A DNA stretch of 64,000 nt from Phycisphaerae bacterium (GTDB lineage Bacteria; Planctomycetota; Phycisphaerae; UBA1845): positions 1,056,001 through 1,120,000 of the forward strand of contig CAXXGO010000006.1 of assembly GCA_963666835.2 (NCBI GenBank). The letters are read 5' to 3'. Both the position numbers and the translations under genes were made by a program. Below are positions 42,421 through 52,490 of this stretch, piece after piece. Below the pieces are notes generated by a model that had not been told where the DNA came from, ran no database searches, and saw only the letters and a program-made list of their open reading frames with translations. Each line of letters opens with the position of its first letter. The first letter of the stretch is position 1.

Positions 42421-44644
42421 TAGGCGTTTGAAGATCCTGCTGATCGTCTTCTCGTTGGCCGGTCTGGTTATCGTGGGGCGCCTGGTCCACCTTCAGGTAA
42501 TCAACGCCGGCTATTATCGCAAGCGGGCGGAGCAGTCGTTGCGGCTCAAGCCCAAGCAGCTTCCCTTTGTGCGCGGCAGTGTTGTCGATCGTACGGGAGA
42601 AGTGTTGGTTGCCGACGAACCGGGTTGGGATCTGTGCATCGACTTCGTCGCGCTCGCGGCGGATATCGAAGAGAAGGGCCCGCCCGCTAAGGACGTTAAG
42701 GAAAGGAAACCCAACGCGATCGATCGGGCGCTGGGGACCTGGCGAAAGCGCTATCGCGGCAGAACGGCCAACAAAGACGAGGCCGAACGCGCGTTCCGCG
42801 ACGAGATGGACATTACCTGGCGCGAGATCACATTTCTGTTCAGTACGGAGGCGGAGCCGCTGTCGACCGAGATTCTGCGGGACAGGGCCCGCGTCATCGT
42901 TGATCGTGTTCAGCGAATTCGCAGGGCGGTCGAGAGGAGGCGGGGGTTCAACAGCCCCGTTCTGGAGGAGACCATCCCGCACGCGATAGTCACCGGGCTG
43001 GACCCGCAAGGTCTGATCAAGGCTCACGATCTGCTTCCGGACTTCCCGTGGATCCATGTAGTCGCGTCGTCAGTGCGAACATACGTCGATTACGGTACGC
43101 CGTTTGCGCATGTGCTCGGGCGTTTGGGTAGAGTAAGCGCCGAGACCGTGGCGGAAGATCCCATGGCCGATGAGCCGTTGGCGAAGTACTTGGCCGACGA
43201 ACACGTAGGTATCTCGGGGGTGGAGTGGGCCGCCGAGCGAACGCTCCGCGGGCGGCGCGGGCAGATTACCCGCGATCGGCGTGGAGAGATAATCGAAGAT
43301 ATCCCGGCGCTGAACGGGCAGGATGTAACGGTTGCGTTGCACGCCGCGCTGCAGCGGCGGTTGTACGGATTGCTCGGGACCACGGTGGACCAAGTTCCCG
43401 AATCGTCCGGGGGGGCGATTGTGGTCTTGGATGTGGCCAGCCGCGAGGTTCTCGCCCTGGTGTCCTATCCGTCGTACGACCCCAACCGGTTCAACGAGCT
43501 GTACGACAGCCTTCGCGACGATACCGTGTCGTTGCCGCTTCGGTTTCGGGCGTTGGCCAATCAATACGCTCCGGGTTCGACGGTCAAGCCCATAACATGT
43601 CTCGTCGGACTCGACACCGGCCGGATAGAGCTGGACACGCGGATCGAGTGCACGGGTTATCTCTTCCCCAACGACCGAGACCACTGGCGATGTTGGCAGG
43701 TGCATGGCACGAGCATGCGTAAGGCGCACGGCTCGATTGATGTGGTCGGCGCGCTTACCGGGAGCTGCAACGTCTTCATGTATAAGGTCGGGGAGATGGT
43801 CGGGGTAGATGCACTGTGCAGCGCCTTCGACATGATGGGAATCGGCAAGGACCCGCACATCGGGTTGGACGAGGCAGCATGGGGCATCAACCCGACGCCG
43901 AGCTGGTTGGCATCCCGAAACTCACCGGTCTACCCGGCACATGCCCGCAACTTCGCCATTGGTCAGGGTGAGATTCTCGTGACCCCGATCCAGATGGCGA
44001 ACCTTATGGCCACGTACGCCAGCGGCAGATATCGCTGGGTGCGCCTTATTCGAGGGGGCGAGCCGTCCCCGGAGTGGAATCTGCCGTTCAAGCCGGAGCA
44101 CTGGGCCGCGGTCCGGCAGGGGATCTACGGGGTGGTGAACGACCCGGACGGCACGGCCTACAAGACTGCGCGCCTCGTTGATGACCACATCGCCCTGTGC
44201 GGCAAGACCGGCAGCGCGACGGCTCGCCCGTGGACCACTTCGTATCGTATTCCATATCTGGATGCGGGCGGACAAGAGCAAGTCACCGTGGTGCCGGCGG
44301 GGATCAAAAAGCACGCAATCGATCAGTTCACTCTGGAGCATCCGCTGGCGACGTTCGATCCGGAGGATATCGTTGCGGCGAGCCACTGGCCACTGGTTAA
44401 ACTCCCGGAGGGGCAGGAATACTCTCACGCCTGGTTCGGGGGTTATCTCCAGCGGCTCGGGCCCGATCGGCAACCGGATTGGTCGGCGGAGCCGCGGATT
44501 GCAATTGCGGTTCTGGTGGAGTTCGGCGGCAGCGGCGGGCGCACCAGCGGGCCACTCGCCAAGCAGGTTGCGATGGAGCTGATTGACCTTTTTGGCCCCG
44601 ACTTGGACTTCGATGCGCCGACCCGGCCTACGGTGAGCCCATGA
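42413..44644 (+). CDS. mrdA: Class B penicillin-binding protein (PBP2-like)
   Basis: N-terminal TM, RGSVVDRTG, SxxK (STVK), SxN (SCN), KTG. Confidence 0.9.
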   Translation: MFDRRLKILLIVFSLAGLVIVGRLVHLQVINAGYYRKRAEQSLRLKPKQLPFVRGSVVDRTGEVLVADEPGWDLCIDFVALAADIEEKGPPAKDVKERKPNAIDRALGTWRKRYRGRTANKDEAERAFRDEMDITWREITFLFSTEAEPLSTEILRDRARVIVDRVQRIRRAVERRRGFNSPVLEETIPHAIVTGLDPQGLIKAHDLLPDFPWIHVVASSVRTYVDYGTPFAHVLGRLGRVSAETVAEDPMADEPLAKYLADEHVGISGVEWAAERTLRGRRGQITRDRRGEIIEDIPALNGQDVTVALHAALQRRLYGLLGTTVDQVPESSGGAIVVLDVASREVLALVSYPSYDPNRFNELYDSLRDDTVSLPLRFRALANQYAPGSTVKPITCLVGLDTGRIELDTRIECTGYLFPNDRDHWRCWQVHGTSMRKAHGSIDVVGALTGSCNVFMYKVGEMVGVDALCSAFDMMGIGKDPHIGLDEAAWGINPTPSWLASRNSPVYPAHARNFAIGQGEILVTPIQMANLMATYASGRYRWVRLIRGGEPSPEWNLPFKPEHWAAVRQGIYGVVNDPDGTAYKTARLVDDHIALCGKTGSATARPWTTSYRIPYLDAGGQEQVTVVPAGIKKHAIDQFTLEHPLATFDPEDIVAASHWPLVKLPEGQEYSHAWFGGYLQRLGPDRQPDWSAEPRIAIAVLVEFGGSGGRTSGPLAKQVAMELIDLFGPDLDFDAPTRPTVSP

Positions 44645-45963
44645 GACGATCGCCGCTAGACCTGACCGAGCCCGGCTGGGTGATCTTCATCGCGATCGGC
44701 ATTCTCGTCTCGATGGGCATCGCAACGATTGCAGTTACCGATACGCATTACGCGTCCGGTCATGACGGGCTGCGCAACGCCATTAAGCAGACGGCCTTCG
44801 TCCTGACTAGTGCGCTATTCGCTTTGGTGGTACTGCGGATCGGTTATCAGGAGATTTCCCGGCATGCGTATCTGATCTTCGTCGTAGCGGTGTTGGGTCT
44901 GGTACCTCTGCTTATCGCCAAGAAGACGGGCGCCACCTTCGGCGGATTGGCCACGCCGATCAAGGGAGCCTATCGCTGGATCCGCCTGCCGGGCTTCCAG
45001 CTCCAGCCGTCGGAGCTGATGAAAGTCGCCTATCTGATCGCCCTGGCGTGGTACCTTCGCTATCGCAAGAACTACCTGAGGTTCAGCGGGCTGCTGTTGC
45101 CGTTTCTGATCTCGGTTATCCCCCTGTCGCTGATCCTCTTCGAGCCGGACCTGGGTACGGTGATTCTCCTGCTTCCGGTCTTGTTCACCATGCTGTTCAT
45201 GGCGGGTGCCAAGGTGCGGCACTTGCTGATTATTGCCATGATCGGGGTGGCTCTCGTTCCTCTGGCTTGGCGCGAGCTCAAGCCGTATCAGCGACTGCGG
45301 GTTACCGCCGTGCTGCTGCAATCGGACAGCCTGCGCCGGGCGATCATCGCGGATCCGGCACCGTACAAGGAGATTGCCACCAAACGCCAGGCGATCGAAT
45401 GGTCGGCCGGCTCCGGCTATCAACTCGTCCACTCCAAAAACGCGATCGGTAGCGGCGGGATCTTCGGCTACGGCTGGGGCAACGGGATCTACGTCGACTA
45501 CGACCGCCTGCCCGACCGCCACAACGACCTCATTCTCGCGATCATCGGGCATCAGTGGGGCTTGTGCGGGTGCCTGCTGGTGCTGGCCTGTTATCTGGCG
45601 ATTGTGGTTTCCGGGGTGCGCATTGCCTCGGTAACCAGTGATCCGTTCGCCCGCCTTCTGGCGGTCGGCGTGGTGGTGCTGATCGCCACCCAGGTGATCA
45701 TCAATATCGGGGTGACTGTCGGGCTGATGCCGATTACCGGAATGACATTGCCGTTCGTTTCCTACGGCGGTAGCAGCGTGATGAGCAATTTCCTGGCCGT
45801 GGCGCTGCTGATCAGTGTTTCTCAGCGCCGTCCTTTCCTCCTGGCCGACAAGCCGTTTGAGTATCGCGCCCGTCGGGAACTGCCTCCGCCGTCGCCCGGC
45901 CCGGAAGACGGCCGGTCGTCGGTCAGCGGTCCGCAGCCCCGTTCCGGGGCATCCCTCATGTAA
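44641..45963 (+). CDS. rodA: SEDS peptidoglycan glycosyltransferase RodA
   Basis: QPSELMK, EPDLGT, GYQL..IGSGG, HND, PITGMTLPFVSYGGS. Confidence 0.93.
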   Translation: MRRSPLDLTEPGWVIFIAIGILVSMGIATIAVTDTHYASGHDGLRNAIKQTAFVLTSALFALVVLRIGYQEISRHAYLIFVVAVLGLVPLLIAKKTGATFGGLATPIKGAYRWIRLPGFQLQPSELMKVAYLIALAWYLRYRKNYLRFSGLLLPFLISVIPLSLILFEPDLGTVILLLPVLFTMLFMAGAKVRHLLIIAMIGVALVPLAWRELKPYQRLRVTAVLLQSDSLRRAIIADPAPYKEIATKRQAIEWSAGSGYQLVHSKNAIGSGGIFGYGWGNGIYVDYDRLPDRHNDLILAIIGHQWGLCGCLLVLACYLAIVVSGVRIASVTSDPFARLLAVGVVVLIATQVIINIGVTVGLMPITGMTLPFVSYGGSSVMSNFLAVALLISVSQRRPFLLADKPFEYRARRELPPPSPGPEDGRSSVSGPQPRSGASLM

Positions 45964-46282
45964 CGCAGGCATCTTGCCTGCAGCACGTCGGATAACGCCG
46001 CCGGCACGGGCAGACCGGCGCACGCGGTCGTAGGGCACGGTCGAGGTACGAGACCTGCCGCCGTTTTCGCGCAGCGCAGGCATCCTGCCTGCAGCACGTC
46101 GGATAACGCCGACGGCACGGGTAGACCGGCGCACGCGGTCGTAGGGCACGGTCGAGGTACGAGACCTGCCGCCGTTTTCGCGCAGCGCAGGCATCCTGCC
46201 TACAGCACGTCGAATAACGCCGCCGGCACGGGCAGATCGGCGCACGCGGTCGTAGGGCACGGTCGAGGTACGAGACCTGCCG
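45964..46282 (+). repeat. Tandem array of three 111-bp units containing the GTAG-REP
   Basis: REP starts at 46030, 46141, 46252. Confidence 0.9.
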
Positions 46283-47600
46283 TTGATCTTCGCGCGACAT
46301 GCATCATTGTGGGCGGATTGCGTCGTAAGAAACGCTTTCGCCCACGCGCAACGTGGGATGCCAGCTGGGTGGCATGGGTCAACTTGTTGACCCGTGGATT
46401 CTGGCGCGCCAGGGGCGTAGGGCGGGTCGCTTACCCTCGCCGTACCGATAGGGCATTGTAGGCGGGTGTAGGGCACGGTCGAGGTACGAGACCTGCCGTG
46501 GTCTTCTCGCGCCGCGCGCTGTTGTGGCAGGTTTCGGGCCTCGACCGTGTCGTAAGCGAAGCCCCTTGGGGCGACAGGTCCTTTAGCCCCACGGCGTAAG
46601 CCTGGGGAAACCGTGCGGTCGCTTCGCGCCAAGCCCCCTCGGGGGCGGCAGAGGGCATCGAGGTTCGAATGGGACACCGGTGATTCAACATCTAAGGCGA
46701 GCACGTTGGCGACTGCTGGGAACTCTTCGATCATCAAAGTGCCGCCCCTGGCGGGGCTTAGGGGCGAGTTGCTACCCGATCCCGCGGCTTACGCCGCGGG
46801 CTGGGCAGAGCTGCCGCCCTGACGGGCTGGCCCCGCGAGACACGCGGGTGGCACATATTCGTGCGACTCACACCATTGCGGGACGGGTGGCAGGTCTCGG
46901 ACCTCACCGTGCCCTACGCCCGTGGATGCTGCCCTACAAGGAGGCCGTCGCAATCAGTGCGGTGAGCGTGAGCGACCCGCCTTTGGCCGATGAGCAGTAC
47001 CTTCAGGGACGTGGGCACGTAGCCACGGGTGGAGCGCAGCGGCTACCCCGGGATCACGGTGACATCAAAGATCAACCCCAACATGGTTTCGCCGTTGTGC
47101 AACCCGCTTCGGGGTTGGTGTGGAAAAGCGTTTTGTGACCCAGGGTGGCACTTCGCGGCTACGCCGCTTCGTTTGCCCTGGGCTTTGTTGTTAAACGCCT
47201 TCGGCGTATGTTCAGGACGTGCGCGGCGCACGGAGATCATGACATTGCCGTAAGATCGAGGCACGAAAGTTGCCATGTTGGGTGGCATGGGCGAGCGTCG
47301 CCCGTGCATAACGCACGCTGCCGCACGTCCGGAGATTACGCGTTGGAGGCATGGACGCTCGCAGCTTGCCCGTGGATGCCCGCGGCAGGTCACGCTCCAC
47401 GGGTCAACAAGTTGGCCCATGGCACCTAGGTGGTACCCCCGTGCAGCGGTTCGAGTGCCTCCACCTCTAAAGAAGCGGGCCACCCGGCCATCATGGCACT
47501 CCACGGGTCAACAAGGTGACCCATGACACCCGATTGGCGCCCCCGTGCGGCGGTTTGAGTCCCCCACCTCTAAAGAGGTGGGCCACCCAGCCGTTACGCG
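46283..47600. repeat. Second REP/MITE mosaic between convergent genes
   Basis: Shares modules with 32268-33227, several inverted. Confidence 0.7.
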
Positions 47601-47608
47601 CGGGCGGT

Positions 47609-50488
47609 CTATCCGCCGATCGTAATCGGCACGCGCAGGGCGACGTCGTTGGTCGAACGTTCGCGGATGCGCAGGTAGCCTATCGGATTCAGGCCGCCGG
47701 GCGTTTCGGGCGCGCCTTCCTCCACGGCGAAGTCCAGCGTGATCGGGACGCTCGGTACGAAGTCCACGTTCCCGGCTTCGCCGTGGGTTACGTCGATAGC
47801 GATCGGCTTAGCCAGTAATTGATCGAACCGGACGGTGATCGGGGTCTCGCGCTTGTCATCAGCCGCCGCGAACCCGCCGGTGATGGTCAACGTGACGCTT
47901 GTGTCTTCGCCCACGTCGGGAATAGCGATGGTGGCTTCCATGGTGCGATTGCTGAACGCGGAGGAATACACTTGTTCGCCGTCGGCTTCGACTGTCACGC
48001 CGATGTCGGTAGTGGTGGCGTAGGCCTCGGGGTCCATTTCCAGGTCGATGCGAACTCTATCGTAATCCTCGTCCAAGGTGAGCGTGTACGTCAGACTGTC
48101 CTTAAGTCCCGTGAAGTTGTCCTCCGCGTATTTGCGGAAACCCTCGAAGAGGCCGTCGACCGTCGCAGGCAGCGGACGCTCGAACAGGTTGGTGACGGTC
48201 ACTTCCCCCTCCGGCGGCGAGCCGGACCACTCGGTGATCCGCTTCGGCTCGGCGTGCAGCCCGAAGAACCGCACATCGAAGTCGTAAGGCCACTGCCGAT
48301 CGGGCCGGTCGGCCAGAATCGGGATCTCCCAGACGCCGGGAATTAGCTCGTCGGTCAGGGTCCACTCCGCCTCGCGGTTGGCGTCCGTGGTGTCCAGACG
48401 AGCATTGCGGCGGTAAAGCTGGGCACCGTTAGGGTCGTATATCGAACTCATCCGCGCCTTCGACTCCGTATTCTCCGGAGCCGCGAGGGTCAGCTTCATG
48501 GCAGAGGCTCCCGGGGGCACGGTCAGGAAATAGCGGTCCGGTTTCCAGCCATCGACGGTCTGCCCCTTGAACGACAGGCGGAAGTTGTCTTCGGCCTTTG
48601 CCCGATGGGGCACGATGATGGCATTGGTCAGCCGAAACGCGACTTCGCCGTCGGCCAGGGCGTCGACCGTACCAACGTGCAAGCCCGGCTCAGTAAGTTG
48701 CGTCTCGTCGTACTCGACGTACACGTTGGCCGACTGCGCGCTGCGCAGGTAGACCTGCTGCTGAGTGACCTTGCACCACGGACTGTTGGAGCGCAGATCG
48801 AACTTCCGGGTGAACTCGGTCCGGGCGCCGGCGTCGGCCGTAGGGGCGAAAACCGGCTCAATGACAAAGGTCTGGCGCTCAGCCGTCGGATGATAGATGC
48901 TCCGCCAGTAGGCCGCTCGGGCCTTGCCGCCGTAACCGTGCGGACAAGCGGTGTTTATGTCGTAACCAATGATCGGGTCGTCCGGGGCGCTTTTGAGAAG
49001 CTTGTCCAGCAGCTTCGCTGCCTTGGGCATATCGGGCATGCCATATCCGACGTCCAAGACCGTGGCGTTCGGCACGGGAGCGGCAGACAGGCACAGCGCC
49101 CGGCGGACATCCCACGCCCGGACTTTGGCGTGGTGGGTTCTGGCGTTGCTGATCAGCGCCGCGCAAAGCCCGGCCGCGTAGGGCGAGGCCATGCTCGTAC
49201 CGGCCCAAAAATCACCCCGAGTCACCCAGCGCGGCACGGTCGAGGTGGACCAGCCGGGGGTGGCGAGGTCCGGCTTGTTCGACTCCCCGCCGCGGGAGGT
49301 AAACCCGGTGGCTACGGCCTGGTCGATGTCGATCCCCATCACGTCACGCGCGGAGTCGGCCGCCAGGAGGGCGGCGACGGTGACGGCCTGAGCGGCCGCG
49401 GCGGGTGTGCCGACCGTGGACAGACCGGGCCCCTCGTTGCCTGCCGAGGTGCAGAAAACCACTTCCGGGTGCTTGACCAGGAACTTGTCCAGCAGCTTGT
49501 CGATGTCGGAGTGGCCTTCGATGACCGATTCGACGCCGAAGGACATGTTGCAGACGACGGCGAGGTTGTGCTCGCGACCGAAGCGGGCGGCGTGCTCCAC
49601 AGCCCTTTTGACGCTTTCGGTCGTGCTCGGTCCGCCGCGGGCGTTCTGGCTGATCTTCAGCCCAATGACCTTTGCTCCGGGGGCGACGCCGTTGAAGCCG
49701 TCTTGGTTGTTGATGCGGTATCCGGCGGCGATGCCGGCCACATGCGTGCCGTGGGCTCCGTCGTCATAGACGACCGAGATCTTCGCCTGGCGAAGAAAGA
49801 TGTTGACGGCGAAGGCAACTGGTACGATCTGCTTTTCCGGCTTCTCCCGGAAGAGGGTGAAGGTGTCGTAGGCGAGATTGTAGTTTCGCAGTGCTTTCTC
49901 GTCGCCGAAGCTACGGTCCAGGTTCCTGTCAACGAACGCCAGTGCCTGATCGTCACCGTCGCCACTGAGGGCGGTCACGCAGATGGGGAACCGATCATCC
50001 GTAGTCCCGTTATCGTTAAGGTCCGGGACATCGGAGTTAACGAACCGGCTTTCGGTGAAGAACCCGAGCCACCATCGCCGAGTTTCGCCGGACGTGTCGG
50101 CCGGCACCGTCGGCGGTACGTAATGAATGGGGGCGCCATCGTCGTCGTAGTCGATCAGCTTGCCGTCTTCGAATTGCACGCGATGCAGTTCGACGTCGCC
50201 CTGACCGCTGAAGTCCTGAACATCGATGACCTTGACCTCTCCGTCCGGCGTGTGCGTTAGCCCGGGGATCGACGGATCAACGCCGGTGTCGAGCACGGCG
50301 ATAACCACCCCGCGCCCGTCGCCGGCGGGGTTCGCGGCTATAAACTCGTCGACGCGGCAGGTCGACAGGGACAACTGTGTCCAGGCGACCGAGGCCCGGG
50401 CACACGCCACGCACCCGATCAGACACCCGCCGGCCACTAACAACAGTCTCGTTCGCTTCGTCATCGTCTGGAATCTCCCCATCGTCAC
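47609..50488 (-). CDS. Secreted S8 subtilase, tripeptidyl-peptidase II-like
   Basis: Signal peptide; IAVLDTGVDP..DFSGQGDV, long D-H insert, HGTHVAGIAAG, SAGNEGPGLSTVG, GTSMASP. Confidence 0.9.
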   Translation of the reverse strand: MTMGRFQTMTKRTRLLLVAGGCLIGCVACARASVAWTQLSLSTCRVDEFIAANPAGDGRGVVIAVLDTGVDPSIPGLTHTPDGEVKVIDVQDFSGQGDVELHRVQFEDGKLIDYDDDGAPIHYVPPTVPADTSGETRRWWLGFFTESRFVNSDVPDLNDNGTTDDRFPICVTALSGDGDDQALAFVDRNLDRSFGDEKALRNYNLAYDTFTLFREKPEKQIVPVAFAVNIFLRQAKISVVYDDGAHGTHVAGIAAGYRINNQDGFNGVAPGAKVIGLKISQNARGGPSTTESVKRAVEHAARFGREHNLAVVCNMSFGVESVIEGHSDIDKLLDKFLVKHPEVVFCTSAGNEGPGLSTVGTPAAAAQAVTVAALLAADSARDVMGIDIDQAVATGFTSRGGESNKPDLATPGWSTSTVPRWVTRGDFWAGTSMASPYAAGLCAALISNARTHHAKVRAWDVRRALCLSAAPVPNATVLDVGYGMPDMPKAAKLLDKLLKSAPDDPIIGYDINTACPHGYGGKARAAYWRSIYHPTAERQTFVIEPVFAPTADAGARTEFTRKFDLRSNSPWCKVTQQQVYLRSAQSANVYVEYDETQLTEPGLHVGTVDALADGEVAFRLTNAIIVPHRAKAEDNFRLSFKGQTVDGWKPDRYFLTVPPGASAMKLTLAAPENTESKARMSSIYDPNGAQLYRRNARLDTTDANREAEWTLTDELIPGVWEIPILADRPDRQWPYDFDVRFFGLHAEPKRITEWSGSPPEGEVTVTNLFERPLPATVDGLFEGFRKYAEDNFTGLKDSLTYTLTLDEDYDRVRIDLEMDPEAYATTTDIGVTVEADGEQVYSSAFSNRTMEATIAIPDVGEDTSVTLTITGGFAAADDKRETPITVRFDQLLAKPIAIDVTHGEAGNVDFVPSVPITLDFAVEEGAPETPGGLNPIGYLRIRERSTNDVALRVPITIGG

Positions 50489-50680
50489 TTGCTTGAATAC
50501 CGTCGATACGGCGAGAATCTACCCGAAATCGGCCAATCCGTACACCGCTGAACCCCTAAGGCCTATCGCCGGGGACTGTTTTTCGAGCCTGGTTGCACTA
50601 ACATGGTCTATTGGGGCCAGGGCACGGGCCAGGCCGCGAACTCGCGAAGTGTGAGAAGTTGTGTTGCGTAGGAGATTGCG

Positions 50681-51520
50681 ATGATTGCGAAATTGCGCAT
50701 GACGGTTCTGGCGGAGAACCTCGCGGGTGCTCGTGGTGTGCGGGCCGAGCACGGGCTGGCGTGCTGGGTCCAGGCCGACGCTACGAACATCCTGTTTGAC
50801 ACCGGGCAAGGGCTGGTTCTGAACTCCAACGCGGAGGTGTTGGGAGTCGACCTCACCACGGCCGATGCGGTCGTGCTCAGTCATGGTCATTATGACCACA
50901 CCGGCGGACTCGAGAGCCTGTTCGGGAAGATCGACCGAGCAAAGCTGTATGTGCATCCTCGCGCGTTTGAGGAGAAGTACGTTCGACACCCTGCGGAGGG
51001 CGGGAGACCCGTCGGCGCGCCGTTGGCCGCGGTCGATACGATTGCCGCACATGTTGCTGGGATTGTGTGGACGGAGAAGCCCACGGAACTGGCGAAGGGC
51101 GTCTGGGTTACCGGACAGATTCCGCGCCGGCACGACTTCGAAGATACCGGCGGGCCGTTCTTTCTGGACGAGGCGTGTACCGAGCCGGACCCGCTGTGGG
51201 ATGACCAGGCCCTGTTTGTTGAAACGGCGCGCGGGGTGGTCGTGTTGATGGGTTGCGGTCACTCCGGTCTGGTCAATACGCTGGACTACGTGTCGGACCT
51301 TACGGGCGGGAGTCGGATCCACGCGGTGGTGGGCGGCTTCCACTTGGTGGGGGCGTCCGACGAGAAGGTCGCGCGCGTGTTGGATGCCCTTCAGCGGCAC
51401 GACGTTCAACGAATCGGCCCGGCCCATTGCACGGCTTTGCAGGCTACGGCGAAGATTTTGGCCGCCAATCCGGACCGGTTCGTGTCGGTAGCAGCAGGGT
51501 CTGTGCTGACGTTCGCGTGA
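50681..51520 (+). CDS. MBL-fold metallo-hydrolase
   Basis: AEHGL, FDTGQ, LSHGHYDHTGG, GCGHSG, GGFHL, PAHCT. Confidence 0.92.
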   Translation: MIAKLRMTVLAENLAGARGVRAEHGLACWVQADATNILFDTGQGLVLNSNAEVLGVDLTTADAVVLSHGHYDHTGGLESLFGKIDRAKLYVHPRAFEEKYVRHPAEGGRPVGAPLAAVDTIAAHVAGIVWTEKPTELAKGVWVTGQIPRRHDFEDTGGPFFLDEACTEPDPLWDDQALFVETARGVVVLMGCGHSGLVNTLDYVSDLTGGSRIHAVVGGFHLVGASDEKVARVLDALQRHDVQRIGPAHCTALQATAKILAANPDRFVSVAAGSVLTFA

Positions 51521-51632
51521 TGAATGAGAGTTGCTTGTTCGGTTAAGGCGGGCTTTCGGGCCGGTGAAGTGGTTTGGGTCTGGGCGGTTGCGGAGGAAGC
51601 GATGCGGCTTTTGCGGCGCAAAGGTGGTTCTT

Positions 51633-52442
51633 ATGAAGATGCGGTCCGGATGGTTGTGGGTTTTGGCCTTTGTACTGACGTTGGCTTCCGCGGTGTTTCA
51701 ACGCATGACCGGGCCGACATACCCCGTGCGGGGGGAAGTCGTCGTCGGCGGGGGGGGGGAAGTTGCGTTTCGGCTGCCCCGCAGCCATGGCGGTGCGGGC
51801 GATGCCGAGGTGCGCCTCGAAGTTCCGGACGAGTCCGTTAACGGGGTGATGGAGTACCGGCGGTATCGCAGCCACGATGATTGGGCCAAGCAATCGCTAG
51901 CTCGGGAAGGGGATTTGCTGGTGGCACAGGTTCCGCATCAACCGCCGGCCGGCAAGGTCATGTATCGAATCGAGTTAAGCAAGCCCGGACAGAGTGCCGT
52001 GTCCTTAACGAATGAACCGGTAATCATTCGTTTTCGCGGTGGCGTCCCGGCGTTTGCGCTGATCCCGCATATCATCCTGATCTTCGCCGCGATGCTGTAT
52101 TCGACGCGGACCGGACTGGAGGGTCTGGTCGGTGGCTCGCGGATAAGCCGGCTAACGATCTGGACGATCGGCCTGCTTCTCGTGGGAGGTTTGATCGGTG
52201 GTCCGGTGGTTCAGAAGTACGCGTTCGATGCGTTTTGGACCGGTTGGCCCTTCGGCCACGATCTGACCGACAATAAGACGGCAGTCGCTTTCGTCTTCTG
52301 GCTCATAGCCTTCTGGCGGATAAAGAAGAACGCGCATCCGCGGGGTTGGGCGATTGCCGCGTCGCTGGTGCTGCTGGCGATCTTCCTTACGCCGCACAGC
52401 TTGCTCGGCTCGGAGCTGGACTACACCCAAATGCCCTCGTAG
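51633..52442 (+). CDS. Conserved-looking membrane protein of unknown function
   Basis: N-terminal TM, QRMTGPTYP, four C-terminal TM segments, GWPFGHDLTDNKT. Confidence 0.75.
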   Translation: MKMRSGWLWVLAFVLTLASAVFQRMTGPTYPVRGEVVVGGGGEVAFRLPRSHGGAGDAEVRLEVPDESVNGVMEYRRYRSHDDWAKQSLAREGDLLVAQVPHQPPAGKVMYRIELSKPGQSAVSLTNEPVIIRFRGGVPAFALIPHIILIFAAMLYSTRTGLEGLVGGSRISRLTIWTIGLLLVGGLIGGPVVQKYAFDAFWTGWPFGHDLTDNKTAVAFVFWLIAFWRIKKNAHPRGWAIAASLVLLAIFLTPHSLLGSELDYTQMPS

Positions 52443-52490
52443 GAATCCGGACAGTGCGGCCGCTTGCCGCGGGGCCTTCGGGCTTCGGCG

